Assembly (NCBI GenBank): GCA_903813345.2
Contig: CAIIXF020000001.1
Coordinates: forward strand, 23,684,001-23,748,000
Source of the DNA: Owenia fusiformis
Lineage: Eukaryota
Direction: 5' to 3'
Length of the DNA stretch: 64,000 nt
Within the stretch, counting starts at the first letter, position 1. Every line of letters starts with the position of its first letter. The position numbers were made by a program, and so were the translations under genes. The notes below the pieces were generated by a model. The model searched no databases, had not been told where the DNA came from, and worked only from the letters and a program-made list of their open reading frames with translations. Positions 27,501 through 42,500 of this stretch are shown here, piece by piece.

Positions 27501-30500
27501 ATTTGTCATGATATTTTGCAAATGCGTTGAAAAAAAGCAATCTGTGGAATACATAGAATATTCCACAGATATCACTTTTTTCTACAGATTTGAAAACTCC
27601 CACCAATATGACGTGCATTGTTATATGGTTACATCGCTTACATGGTGATTTTAATGACATCACAAATATGCAAATAACTAATGTTTTGGCTATATTTCAA
27701 GTGACAAAATAAAACTGAAGTAGCCTAATAATGGAATTGAGTTATTTAAAAAAACTGAATGTTGTTTTGAAATGCTTTTTAAGGTGAATTATGGGATAAA
27801 TAGAACATCCTAAGATTTTTTTGTGATATCATTTAATCAACTCGTTGATATCAATATCTTCACTCATTAGCTACACTCACTCGTTCAGATATTGATATCA
27901 ACTCATGGATAAAAATGATATCTCTCAAAATCATAGGATATCCTATATATATTTGATGGTTCTTGTTTTTTTTCTTCTTGGCTCAAAACAAGACTGACGA
28001 TAACAATGATTGATCAGATATTTGGAAACATTTGATAAGAACCCTTTAGTAATAGAACATCCTATGATTTACTCGTGATATGATTTTATCCACTCTTTCA
28101 CACAGTGCTCGATCATGCAGATATCATATCTATTTGTGGATAAAAATCATATCACTCACAAATTATAAGACATACTCTACATACAAAGTACTTTATCAAA
28201 TAATTAAATAAACTTAGATTGATTAACTTCTTAAATATCAATATTGTTTATGTATAATGTGCATTTTATTATTTGAATGTTTCTATAACTGATTCAAAAC
28301 ATAAAAACAATAGCACTGTTACCTGGATTATTTGTATCTTTACATGTGTCTGTTTTATCCTTTTGGGGAGATTCCTGAAATCAGTAGACATTTACAATGT
28401 TCAATACAACAAAGATTGCTCTGATCTCTTTTAAACAAAGGTACACACAACAATCTTTCAAAAATGCTAAGCAACAGTAACATCTGAATATAGCATATAT
28501 AAGGGTTATGTACTGGGAGGTTTTGGATATATGGGGTTTATCCAGAGGGAGATATGTACCCAATATCCAAACCGACCGTACATAACTGCTTTATCCTATA
28601 CCAAGTAGAGTTTTCAGGGGCATATGGCCATTTCAATAGTACAAGGTGTAAAAATAAACAAATCATTCATATGCAAAGTCATTTTATTGCATTTCCACTA
28701 CTTACCGGAAGCGGGAAGATATGCACCGGAGTGGGAAGATATGCACCGAAGCGGGAGATATGGAGGTTCTGGATATGGAAACCTCAAAATCAGGATACGG
28801 GATATATCTTTACAACTTATCTCCCTAAAACTCTACTTGGCATAGGATAAACGTATATAGTATATTTTATCATTAATAATATTTTTAAAACCAGTAACAA
28901 AATATAAAAATGCTTTCAACAGTGGTGGAATCAAATTTCTTCAAATACATACAGTTACAATGTTACTTACTTTTCAATTTCCCTATTTAGATACATAAGC
29001 AAGATCATTAACTAAAGATGAATAAATGTGAAATGAAGTATTGTCTTGTATTTCATATCTACTGAGGTTCTAGGTACATAACGAGCGGGAATATATAGTG
29101 TATCTAGGGACCGGGATGGATACTATGAGGTTATATAATGGTTGATTCCGTATATCGTGTTTATACTCAAGTGAGTATAAACACGATATACAGAATCAAC
29201 CATTATATGATCTTATTATCCCACCCTAATCTTAAATCAATAAAACATTAATCTAAATTAAGCAGTTGTATATCAAGTCGAAGAGTTGTATACGCTGCCC
29301 AGGAGTTGTATACGCTATCCAGGAGTTGTATATCGTTCTCAAGAGTTGTATACGATGAGTGTTGGTTTTATATTGCAGTTATACAATGCTATTATACAAT
29401 CATATAAAGCATTTAGGGTGGGATAAAGCATGTATCCCGGTCCCTAGATACACTGCTCCTTAATTTATTTTTAATTTTTTTTCAAATGTTTTTTTTATCA
29501 AAATTTTTTTCAAAATTTTTTTCAAATTTTTTTTCAAAATATTTTTTCAATTTTTTTTCAAAATTGTCAATTTTTTTTTTCAAAATTATTTTTCTTTCAA
29601 TTTTTTTTTAAATTTAATTTTTTCAAATGTTTTGAAAATCTCGCAAACTTTAAGACCAAGAAAACGCCTAGTACCTTAAGTATGTTTTGGAATTTTGGAT
29701 CTTTAAAAGGTATGATGTACCTAGAACCTCAACATGTATGAAATACATCTGTTATGTACGGTCGGTTTTCGATACAGGGTTTATCCTGGGAAATTTCCCT
29801 CGGGATAAACCCTGTATCCAAAACCTCCCAGTACATAACCCTTATGTATATTATGAAAGATTTTATGACTTACATTTGGGAATGGGAATTCATATGTGAC
29901 ATAAGTGTCCAGTTCTTCAGGGGAATAGCCAGAGGGGAGATGCAGCTGGATCCCTCGTATAATCGTCAACTCAACTTCATTGTCGCCAAGATCTGTACAT
30001 GATCTAAAATATATCAATTTACACAAAAAACAATGAAATAATGTTTTGAAAAGCTATGATTTTATGATATACCAGTTTGTTTTGCGATATGATAACAGCA
30101 AAAGCCTTGCTGTTTTATACTCCATATTTTTGCATTATGTAATCGTATTGGTGTTGTTCATCAAATCTAGAAAATTCACCAAACTCAAGGGAGAATTTCT
30201 AGAAGGGTTGTAACTTAAAACGTGTCGTAATTTGAAACATTTAGAACTGAGATACGACCAGTCGTAAGTTCTACGACCGCTGTGTTTTTGGAAGCCGTTT
30301 TATCTTTGCCGTATATGATTGAACTTACAACTGGTCGTTTGTATTGTTATATCACATGACGCTCATGTGATTTATTTCATGATTAAAAGCATGCTGGAAT
30401 CGGGAAAATGAACAGAGGGGGAGCAGGCGACTTCTGTTAGAAAATTCAACAAATCTGGAAGATTTATTTTTTCAGGACAAAGTCTATCATTGAAGGGTAT

Positions 30501-33500
30501 CATTACTCCAAGTAACTAAAGAATGTCTCTAAAGGTTTCATTGAAAATTACATGGAAATATAATTATAAAATATCAATTATGAACATATCCAAAATGAAA
30601 TTAGGTCATTAGGACATTCAGTTCAGTGCCTTTAACCATGGGCATCATTCTAAATATCATGTTAGGGATATGTTAGTGACCATTTAAAGTATGTTGACCA
30701 TTCAACAATCGATATATCAAAACATCATTAAGCTAGGACACAAGGGCAACATATATATCATAAAATAACCCCTTAAAAAACATAATATCATATGAAAAAT
30801 TGAACATTAATAAATAAAAGGTGTTCTCAACAATAGTAGCATGATCACCTCAGTTGGTATACAGGAGGCATTCAACCTAGAGCCTGAGGGTATATTAAAA
30901 CATCATTAAGGTAGAATATAAGGGCAACATAATGAAAACACAAAACCAAAGTATTCATACTACCAATTTTTGGTTTTAGGGGCCTAAAATGTTTTATCCT
31001 GACTTGAAATATTTGCCCCCCCCCCCTTGTTAGCTTCTGGATCCGTCAGTGCTGTTGTAACAACAGCCCTGAACATAGCCAGGATTTCTCAAGTGGGGAT
31101 CTCATTTTGCTTTTCCATACAGATAGGCATTCACATTGCATGCGCTCCCTAATTCACTTCTTCATCCCTCTATACAGGAATTTGTATGCAACCCCCCAAA
31201 AAAGTATATCGGCTAATTAGGGAGGGGTGCATTGGCTTAACATGGCGTTGACTATTGACTTAGCGTCGGGATACCACCATGTACCTGGAATGTTACCATG
31301 GTGAGAGATACAAAAAATTTCCCCAACGTTAATTTTTGGCAACCCAGCTAAATCACTCCAATAAACCCTTATGATAGTATTTGCACAGAAAAACATCATG
31401 TTTTTAAATATTCATACGTTAAGAAAATGACAAATGGACTATATACAGTATTCTGATTATAGATACAGATTGAAGGTTTATAATCTTATCAGTATTCTCA
31501 AAATTCAGGTCTTAAAAGGGGTGTTTGAACTAAAATGGTAGTATTCATATGTCCCTAAAAACAGACACATAAGTCATATTTTTCATTATAAAGAATGTCT
31601 ATTGAATAAATTCACTGGGTGAAACTTGTTTATGTTGCTTCGATAAATCACAAAAGAAGAATTAAATAGAAAGGGTCAAGAGTAGGGAGGGCTCACTTGA
31701 AGCATGGGTCATGAATGTTTTAATAAGAACACTTACTTTTTAGTTCAATTTCACATGGAAGGGTCACATGATGAGAAAGCTGATTTCTCCATAATGAAGC
31801 ACAGTTGGAGCTAGGCCAATGGTGTACAATACCTGTAAATGTTTTCCTAAGACTATTTGCAATCTTGAAATCCAGCTATTTCTATCTATTTGTTTATTAA
31901 GAGGCCACTCAAATACAACAAATACTTTTGGCATATGTTTGAAATACCAGAATCCATTTATTGTAACTCTTTTTTGATACAATTTGTTAAGTTCAGACAC
32001 AAAGTTAACATGCCTGCATTGAAATCAGAGTCTTAGCACTTCATTTGTTACCCTAGGTACATTCACAGGTTTTTAAAAGTATTATGGGGTCAACGTTTCT
32101 TTACATTCCAAGCTGTTTCTTTTGATAAATAGTTTTACTGCTTGAAAACTGTATTATCAAGACATTTAACCTAGACGTTGCCCTTATAAATGTTTTAAAT
32201 ATTTAGTAAAAAATAAAAACTTCACTTTTATTCAATTTCACAATCCATATAATAAAAGAAAGTCAGCTACGGTAATTATTTTGAGATGCATCCCTATAAG
32301 GCAGAAGGTTTCTAGTCAACTCGGACCCTTAAGTCAACTCGAACCCTAGTCAACTATGTATTTTTCATATATTTTTCCTCAGTTCGAGCAATAAAATGAA
32401 AAGTAATATAGAGGTCTATACTAAAACATTAATCATATATTATTGTTAGACAAAACAATGGTTGATAATGTGGAAAAAATTCTGACAATTTTGAGTCAAT
32501 CATAAACCACTCAGCCTGATTGTGAAATTATACCAGTAGGATTAAATATTGAATAACCAAGAGTTGATGTTACATGAAACTGATTTTATATTACAAACAA
32601 ATAGTATTTGACAATAAATTATGAAATTCAATGTAAACTAAATTTTGTTGGCCTAAATTCTTCAAACCAAGTTATAGTTATAAACATGTTAATTAAATTG
32701 AAAGCCAATGATTTTTAATGAATTACTTAACAAAGTAAAATATTAAAGTTTCAAATCAGATGATAATACAATGTTTGAAAAATTTGCAATTTGTACTTGG
32801 AATTCTTGAATTTATTAAATCAAAATATATTTCAAATTCCCCACCCATTCAATATTTTATCAAGATCACCAAATTATTTAATCTTTGTATCTCCATTATA
32901 TGCGCCTTGAAGTTTTGAAATATGAAATAAAAATGTGTTATGAAATAATCATGTAGCCATATAGTTCAGAAAAAGTAAAAAATTTCAATTATTCTCTCTA
33001 CAGGCCTTGTTGCCACTTTAAACAATCTCCCATCTTTAATCTCAAAAGAGCCGCCATTAAGGTATGTAGTTAGTTCCGTAAATCTACCATTTTTGAGATA
33101 TATGCAAAATCTCTGTAAGTTTAAGAAAGAACAATGAACTTATGAGTTTGTAACTTACGGAATTTGGAGAAATAGACCCCAGGATGGTGGCCAAAATTAG
33201 TTTGATAACTTTCAATTTCAACTAAACCAGGTAAAATCTGGATCTTTTGTCATACAAACTAATTACGTTATGATTATAAAAAGATAAAAAGAAATGCTCA
33301 AACATCAGCATAATGTAGGCTGAATAAGATGATGATGGTCTCATTCATCAGAACTGTCAATCTATGACAAAATAATTGTATTTTGGGCAAGGATTTCAGC
33401 TTCAAATTCCAAGGCATGAAAACCTCCTAACTAAGTAATCCAAGATGCTCAAACAGGGGATGATACTAATACCTGGGAAGAGTAGATTGCATTGAGTTAA

Positions 33501-36500
33501 TTTAATCAATGGTGAATACTAGAAAAACAGCGACTCCACGGAGTAGCAAATCCCACCATTTTGAAATTCAGCTGCCATTTTGAAAATTCTTCCTCGAACA
33601 GAGCTACTGTGTCCCTAGGCATTATCATATAAAATTTAAAACAAATCCGTTCGCTGGTATTAAGAGTTATCAAAATTTTATGTTTTTTTACGAAAAATGG
33701 TCACCATTTTGAAATTCAATGGCCATCTTGAAAATTCATTTTTGAAGAAAGCAACTGTGTCCCTAGCCATCATCATATAAAATTTGAACCAAATCCGTTC
33801 ACTGGTATTTGAGTTATCAAAGATTATGTTTTTTTAACGAAAAATTGCCGTCATTTTGAAATAAAGCGGCCATCTTGAAAATTCTTTGTCGAACATAACA
33901 AATGTGTCCCTAGGCATCATCATATAAAATTTGAACCAAATCCGTTCACTGGTATATGAGTTATCAAAGATTACGTTTTTTACGAAAATTGGCCGCCATC
34001 TTGAAATTCAGCCGCCATCTTGAAAATTATATCTTGAACATAGCAACTATGTCCCTAGGCATAATCATATAAAATTTCAACCAAATATGTTCACTGGTAT
34101 TTGAGTTATCAAAGATTACGTTTTTTACGAAAAATTGCCGCCATTTTGAAATTAAGTCACCATCTTGAAAATTTTTTGTTGAGCATGGCTACTGTGTCCC
34201 TAAGCATCATCATATAAAATTTGAACCAAATCCGTTCACTTGTATTTGAGTTATCAAAGATTACATATTTTTACGGAAAATGGCCGCCATTTTGAAATTA
34301 AGTGGCCATCTTGAAAATCTCTTTTTGTGCGAAACTCCTTTGTCCCTAGGCATCATCATATTAAATTTGAACCAAATCCGTCAACTTGTATTTGAGTTAT
34401 CAACGATTACATTTTTTTACGAAAAATGGCGGCCATTTTGAATTGAGTGGCCATATTGAGAATTCCTTCCCGAGCAGAGGTCCTACACTCATAAGGCATA
34501 AGCCTATAAAATTTGAACCAAATCTGTCAACCGGTATTGGAGTTATCGCCCGGACACGGACGAACGAACGGACGGACGGCTTCTCTATATCCCCCTCGAA
34601 CTTCATTCGGTGGGATAATTATGCTAGAGTATTTCTTTTCTTAAGCATTTCTTTTTAGTTGTTTACATTTGAACTTTATCAATTTGCATGGTGAAATGTT
34701 TGGAATCCAGCTTCTACATGGTTAAGCTGAAATTGAAGGTATATCTATGCTGAACAAAGTTTTTCCACAAACCTGCTGTGGAACAGTGATAGAGAAAACA
34801 ACAAGGTTTACCTAAATAAGTCAATGTTAGTATTGTTAATTTAATATTATATTATCATACACCAATGTTAAATTCTAAAAAATAATAAAAACAAACATAC
34901 AAGTAAAGAGCACTTTAATCCATCAATGCAATAGACCACGACTATTATTAGTTCAATAACTCAGATGCGAGTAGGTAGTTCCAGCTTCACCATCAGGTGG
35001 CTCGTTCGGGTCAGATAGCATGTCAGGAATAGTAGAAAGTTCCCTCTAATTTAAATAACATCTGTTTTCTAACAGTTATGCAAATTAAAATATGCCCAGT
35101 AAAAGAAAATTTTATCCGTCCAATACAAGGAAAGATATTTCACTTTTTGTGATTTCATAACATGGGGTCTATGGGGGATCTCCCTAAACTAGAAGTCACA
35201 TTTTCAAAAAAATAAATTTTCGAAGTTGATAAACAATTTACGAAACCATATTTCTAGATGGACTTTTACATGTAGATTTCAAATATGACAACCTGAATTT
35301 TGAATATTTAATGACATAAAACAAGATTCTTTTCCTCGCATCTAGTCTATTGAAATAAAAATGGTTCAGGAATTTTACTTCACAAATACAGTAAAATTAT
35401 CATTGAAAAATTATTTCCAAGTATTAAAAGATGGTGTAATGACACTATTTTTGAAAGAATGGGTGGATAAAAAATGATGACATCTTCAAACATTCTGTAT
35501 AAAGACCTTGCTTTAAACACAAAGTTAGGTTTTGATATTATTCACCCATTCCATGCCAATTTTCTTCTTTAGGATACATTTGAGTTTCAAAGTACTTTTT
35601 CCATAATTTCCAACGTACAGTTTTAGGCTTAAATGGTTCGTTAAAGTATATAACATCTCCTCCTGCTAAATATGCAGACCACCATCCAAATGATCCAGTT
35701 GACATAATTGTGTGGTTCATACTGGATAAAATGCCCATGTCATATTCAGCAGTCAAACCCCAGGGGGTATGTTCAAAAAATGTATTTTCCCCAGGGGGGT
35801 TAAAGTTTTTTGTAGTCCAATCTCGGTCATCTGTGGCTACTACATATACAATTGGGGTCTTATATCTTGTAAGTGTTAAGTTTATAGCCTTTTGGAAGTA
35901 AGAAACAGGCGTGGCTTTATAACCAGCATTAATAACTGCAGGATCATAAGCACGATCTCCTCGACGGCAATGAATTCCAACATAAGTTATTTCACCATGC
36001 ATTGAATATTTCTTCTGCAATCCATCCAAATAGGCATTTATCTGAGATTTTATGAATTTGTTAAAGACATACAAGCTCCTTATATGTGACTGGTACTCTT
36101 TCCAGAAGTACATGTATGTCTGTACACCCCCCTTATGTAGCTTTATGTGGTACTTCCATTTTAAGTTCATAAACGAGTGATCATAACTTATATGCTTTAT
36201 AGTTTGTATTTTTGCTCCAGATGCCCTGAAACTGATATAATCCTGTGCTGTGTATGTTTTGATATGTGATATATTAAAAATCCGTATCACCTCTGTGTCA
36301 TAAGGTACATAGAGCGTCATGTTGTTAGCGATTGCTATAGAAAAGGCAGCTGCAAATTGGAAAAGTTTGTTGCCAAGCCGTCCCAAACCATGTTCTAAAT
36401 ATAGTCGGCGAGGCTTATCATCAGGTCTGGGTATATCCACTTTGATTTGTTTTTTAGCTGGAGGTTTCTGAACAGTTTTTTTAACTTGAGGTTTTCTCCA

Positions 36501-39500
36501 TATCCTCTTTTTAGGAACATTCTTAATTTTGATTGGATTAACTTCAACTGTTTTATTTTCCATTATAGTTCTTTGATCAATTTTGGATGTAACATTGGAT
36601 GTAACATTCTGTGGTACTGGATGGTGTTCATCAAATATTGAAGGGGCTATTGAACCGACGTGGTTTTTCTCTGTTTTCTTATATGTATCAAAGAATATTC
36701 CTGAGAAGAAAGAAGTCCTACTGACTTCTCTCCTATATCCATGATGTTCGGTTGGAATGAGAGTGTTTGTTTTGTAGTTTGAGGTGAACCATATCATCAC
36801 CACCAGATAAACCCCACATAGTCCTAGGAGTAACTGAAGTGTCAGTAGCATTGCAGAGAGTGTTGTTTTTCTCATTCTGTCCATCATGATCATTTATCTG
36901 CTATAAATCAAAAGTAAATATCTTATTACTGCTATTACCCTTGGTTATATTTCATCACTTGACTGGGAAAAAGATTCCCTGGTGTCAGTTTGTTCTAGAC
37001 AATCTTTAGAATAAATTGATCTTGTTGATCTTGTTGATAAATTGATCTTGTTTTTCTTGAATTCACCATTTGGAATTAAAATGATGCCATTTAACCAATT
37101 TTGAATAGGGGGAGGGGTAGATATTTGTATTTTAACATAATAGAAATTGTAAGCAAAAAAAATCACACTCTTATAAAAAACATAAAGCAGAAGGATGAGC
37201 AAGTTTTTGCTTGTATTAGGCTGAAAATGATGTCAAATTTATATACTTCTTTACATTGCTTCTAATTGAGCAATTTCATTTCAAAAGGTTGATATCACAC
37301 ATGTGGGCTGTAACAACATGAATCTATGCTTTTACTGGTGATCCACTCGATTAAGCTTGTTACCGATGTCGGAACATCGAAGCTACGATTTTTTGATTTT
37401 TTTATTTCACACCTTGTAGGCAGAATTCTCACGACATTTTTAATCAAAAACGTGTATCAGTGACATATGTTTAAGAAAATGTACACATTTGTGAACAAAT
37501 AGTTCAGAGGCCTAATTCATGAAAGCTCCGCAAGCTTGCGTGTCCGCAATGTATTTGCGGACCTATTGCGTGTCCGCAATTTATTGCGTTACGTCGTATT
37601 CACAAAGCTATCCGCAAATCCAGGGCGTGTCCGCATGTTATCTCCGTGTCCGCAAGCCATCTCCTTCACCGGTGTCACTAATTAGGACACCTATGTCAGT
37701 TAGACCCCTTATAGCGACCCTTGTAAATTTTGACCTCGGGTTGACATTCTGCTTCAAAAAATGGCTGACGAGGTCGGAAAACAACGCTCGGAGGCTTTCT
37801 CCAGTATTCAATTAGAAGTTATGATGGACATCATAGAAAAAAAGTATGATGTGTTGACGTATTCTCTAAGTCATGTAAGTGATCTGCTAACGCTTAAAAA
37901 AGAATGAGGCATGGGATTGCATTGTGAGGGAGGTAAGCTTAGATCACCAGTAGGCCTATCGGCGTCTTGAACCAATAATTTTACTTCCCGTTAGATAATA
38001 TATTTAGAATTTGTTGCTGATATGCGTTAAATTGAGTAAAGTTGTAAATGAAATTATCTTATTGACCTACAGTCAATTTATCTAAACTGTAATTTCTTAT
38101 AGTATCGGAATAAAATAATATATTGTATTCTATTGCACTGTTGTATCTCCCCGGGTGTATCTCAAACAATATTTGCACTGATTTAATTCCTCACTGGTCG
38201 ATATCAAGCGAAGGTAACTGCCGTCACTTTCGCATTCGAGATGGTAAGAGATAAACCCACAACCACGACCACGGAACCAGTATATACAAAGGCGACCCCA
38301 AATGACTTCAATGGCCTTCAGGACTGTCAATAGATGGCGAAAAATTCAGTAGGTTTAATAGCATACTTTAACATGTAAAAAATGTTCCAAAAATCTCCAA
38401 AGATAAATTTTATTGAAAATATCCAAAACTTCTAATTTTGAATCTTAAACATGTTTGTAAATAATGATGAAGGAAAATATGATATTTATTTGATATATGT
38501 AGAGAATTTGAAGATTCAAAACAGCAATATTTACACATAAACCAATAGGCCAGTTGTGGAGAACAACCTAGTAGTTAACTGCCATCTATACGAGTCCTGG
38601 CTCCCATTGTTTCTACACAGTTATTCATAAAAACACTGGAAACAAAAAAATCTAAAAATTCGAGCGACGCTTGCTTCATGTCTGGTTGTTCTTCGTCCTA
38701 GGATCTAGAATGATAAGTTCATCATTATTTACTCTAAATTGCGGTAAAAGTGACGCATTTTGTAATTCCCTGCATCCCCCAATAAATATCTGTCAATCGA
38801 TGCTTTCCACACCATATTACTAATATACTGGATGAGCGTGGTGTAAAAGTGGTTTTGAAAAGTAGCAAATTTCTCTTCATATAGGTTATTTGTGGTTTAT
38901 TATTATACATTGATTCTGAAATCATTGGTGTCTAGTTTTTCAGCGTTTTGGAAATATTCAGATTTATACCCCCCTGGTGTAATTTTAAGGGGGGTACTTG
39001 GAAAGCCATATATCATTCCTAGAATATAGAGCCAATCATCTTGATTTTTCCAGGTAATCATGTACTTATCATGTCCTACCATTATGACAAGTTTCATTAA
39101 AGTTGATCAACTGGTTGCTATGGAAATGGAGATCATATGTTAAAAAGCACACATTTTCGTCAAAATGTAAGATACCCCATGAGACAAAACACATATTATT
39201 TTCATGAAACTGGAAGGAATCACCATGAAACCATTTTAGAAAACTTATTCAAAGTATATTTGATAATATTAAATCAACTGCTGTTTTATCTTATCCACAC
39301 AGTGGAATCTATTGCTGATGAGTATATGGCAATGCAAGTAAATTTAGAAAGGGGATGTGGCACTTTTCCAAAGAATTCTTTATTTGTGTTCAACTTTTTG
39401 AAGAAATTAAGTAACCATTTGTCCTGAAATTAACAGATATTATTCACATCATTATGTTTGACTATCATGGAAAATTTCATCAGTGTTGGATAACTGGTTA

Positions 39501-42500
39501 CTATGGTAAACAGATTTATACCCCATTGGTATGATTTTAAGCCATCTATAATTCCTAGAATATACAGCCATTCATCTTGATATTTACAGGTAATCATCTA
39601 CTTATAATGCACTACCACTATGACAAGTTTCATTAATGTTTAACACTTGGTAGCTATGGTAACAGAAATAATTTATTAAAAAATACACATTAAGGAGATA
39701 CTATGTATAATTCCTGGAATATTCAATTAATCATCTTGATATTTATGGGTAATCATCTGCTTATCATGTCTTACCAGTATGACAAGTGCCATCAGTGTTG
39801 GTCAATTGGTTGCTATGGTAACAGAAATCATTTCTTAAAAATTGCACATCAAGGGGGTACTATGTATAATTCCCAGAATATTTAATCAATCATCTTGATA
39901 TTTACAGGTAATCATCTGTTTATCATGTCCTACCAGTATGACAAGTGCCATCAATGTTGGTCAATTGGTTGCTCTGGTAACAGAAATAATTTGTTAAAAA
40001 GTGCACATTAAGGGGGTACTATGAAAGCCATGTATAATTCCTAGAATATTCAATCAATCGTCTTGATATTTACGGATAATCATCCGTTTACATGTCCTAC
40101 CAGTATAACAAGTGCCTCAATGTTGGTAATTTGGTTGCTATGGTAACAGAAATCATTTGTTAAAAGAGTACACATTTTTGTAAAAATCTAAGACTCATGT
40201 AACCTTTGACATTAAGCACATAATATGTTCATCATTTTGGGAGAAATAAGCATGGAAACATTTCATAAAACTTATCACATCTCATCAATCACAACAGTGG
40301 ACGCTTTATTGCCATCACTGGTCATCAACGTGTTACGCGGTAAACACGATACAAAAATATGTCATATTCTGCAACGAATATAGCATATTCACTTGCGGTG
40401 TATGACAGATTCACCTGCGGTATATGGCATACACACTAACCAATGAGAACGTGATACGGAAGTGTGCAATTGTCAATTGCATCGATTGAACGAACAAGTA
40501 AAACGTTGTAAATTATTATAGTGATTACTGAATCAACAGTACTGTGTATCGAATATATTAACTTAGCAGAAGTATCAGTCACCAATCTCGCGTAATAAAC
40601 TTACTCAATCAATCCAGGATTCCTATATTAGTACTCGACGCACAAACTATATTGGTAATCCAGCGTAGTTTTACATTTAGAGTCGATTCTCGCAACCAAT
40701 CAAATCAAGGCTTTCTGTATCACGTTTTCACCTGCAGTATATGTCATATTCACCTGTGGTGTATGGGATATTCCACAAGTGAGTATGACATATTCCGCAA
40801 GTGAGTATCGGGTATTCACTGAAATCAGTGTATCGCATATTCAATGCGGAATATCGCATACTCACCTGCAGAATATGCCATATACCGCAGGTGAGTATGA
40901 CATATTCACCCGTATCACAAATACCGTGCAACCATGAATGTATGCCATATACCGCGTAACACAACGGACATGTTTTACACTCAGAGTAATACATGCTGTT
41001 GTTCTCAACTTTTTTTATGTCTGATGGTTTTTTTCAACTGTTAATTGTTTTTAGAATTCATTAAGAAGCATTTCCAATATTTTTAATTGGGTGTAATAGT
41101 TGTATATATCTCTTAGTTTGTTTATTACAAGTGACGTGGTAACTTGTTGATGGCAAAATAGAGCCAAATTGGCCAGACCAACCCATTCCACCTGATGATC
41201 TCATAGACATATAGTCACATAAAGATTGCAACGGATGCTTTGACAGAAGTAGACGTTGAAAGATCTATGAATGAGGATTTTGATGCAAATGATATAAAAG
41301 ATGACTAAGTGAGATCAGCTCATAATTTACTGCATAGTTTTATTATCATAAGCAAATACAATATATCAAATGGCCCAGATGAAATATCCATTGATTAAAT
41401 ATTATCAGACATACTCAAAATAGGTTTTTAAAAATGTTTTCATGCTAATTCCTCCCAATTTGATGAAGATTTTCAATGTCTTAGGGTGTGTCTTAAAATT
41501 TTACGAAATGTGTACTTTTTTAACGAATAGATTTCTACCCACATTTGACCCACATTGATGAAACTTGTCATCATGGTAGGACATGATAAGTAGTAGATTG
41601 TCTGTAAATATCATAATGATTGTTTTGATATTTAAGGAATTATAAATGGCTTTCATAGTACGCCCTAATGTGTACTTTTTAACAATGATTTCTGTTACCA
41701 TAGCGACCATTTGCCCCGCATTTATGAACTTTGTCATAGTGGAAGAACATAGTGAGTGGATAACTACCTGCCAATAACAAGATGATTGGTTAGATATTCT
41801 AGGAATTATATATGGCTTTCATAGTACCTCCCTTAATGTGTACTTTTGAAAAAATGATTTATGTTTCCAAAGCAACCAATTGATACACATTGATGAAAAT
41901 TGTCATGGTTGTAAGACATGATATGTAGACGATTACCTGTAAATATCAAGATGATTGGCTGTATATTCTAGGAATTATAGATGGCTTTCATTGTACCTCC
42001 ATTAAAAATCATACCAAGGGGTATAAATCTGCATAGTATAGTAACCAGTAAACCAACACTGATGAAACTTTTCATGATAGTCAAACATAATGATGTGAAT
42101 AATATCTGTAAATAACAGGACAATTGGAATATTTATTTTTTTCAAAAATTTGGACACAAGTTAAGAATTCTTTGGAAAATGCCACGTCCCCTTTCTAAAT
42201 TAATTTGCATTGCCATATAATCATGAGCAATAGATTTCACTGTGTGGATAGGATAAAACAGCACTTGATTTAATATTATCAAACATACTCTGAATAAGTT
42301 CTCTAAAATGTTTTTATGGTGTTTCTTTCCAATTTCATTAAAATAATATGTGTTTTGTCTCATGGGGTGTCTTACATTTTGACGAAATTGTGTACTTTTT
42401 GATATATGATCTCCGTTTCCATAGCAACCAGTTGACTAACTTTGATGAAACTTATTACTTTTGTAGGACATGATAAGTACATGGTTACCTGTAAATATCA

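Noticed and set aside
30190-33180. Possible 3-kb Harbinger-like element
   Set aside because: The termini match only weakly and no TSD could be established by eye.
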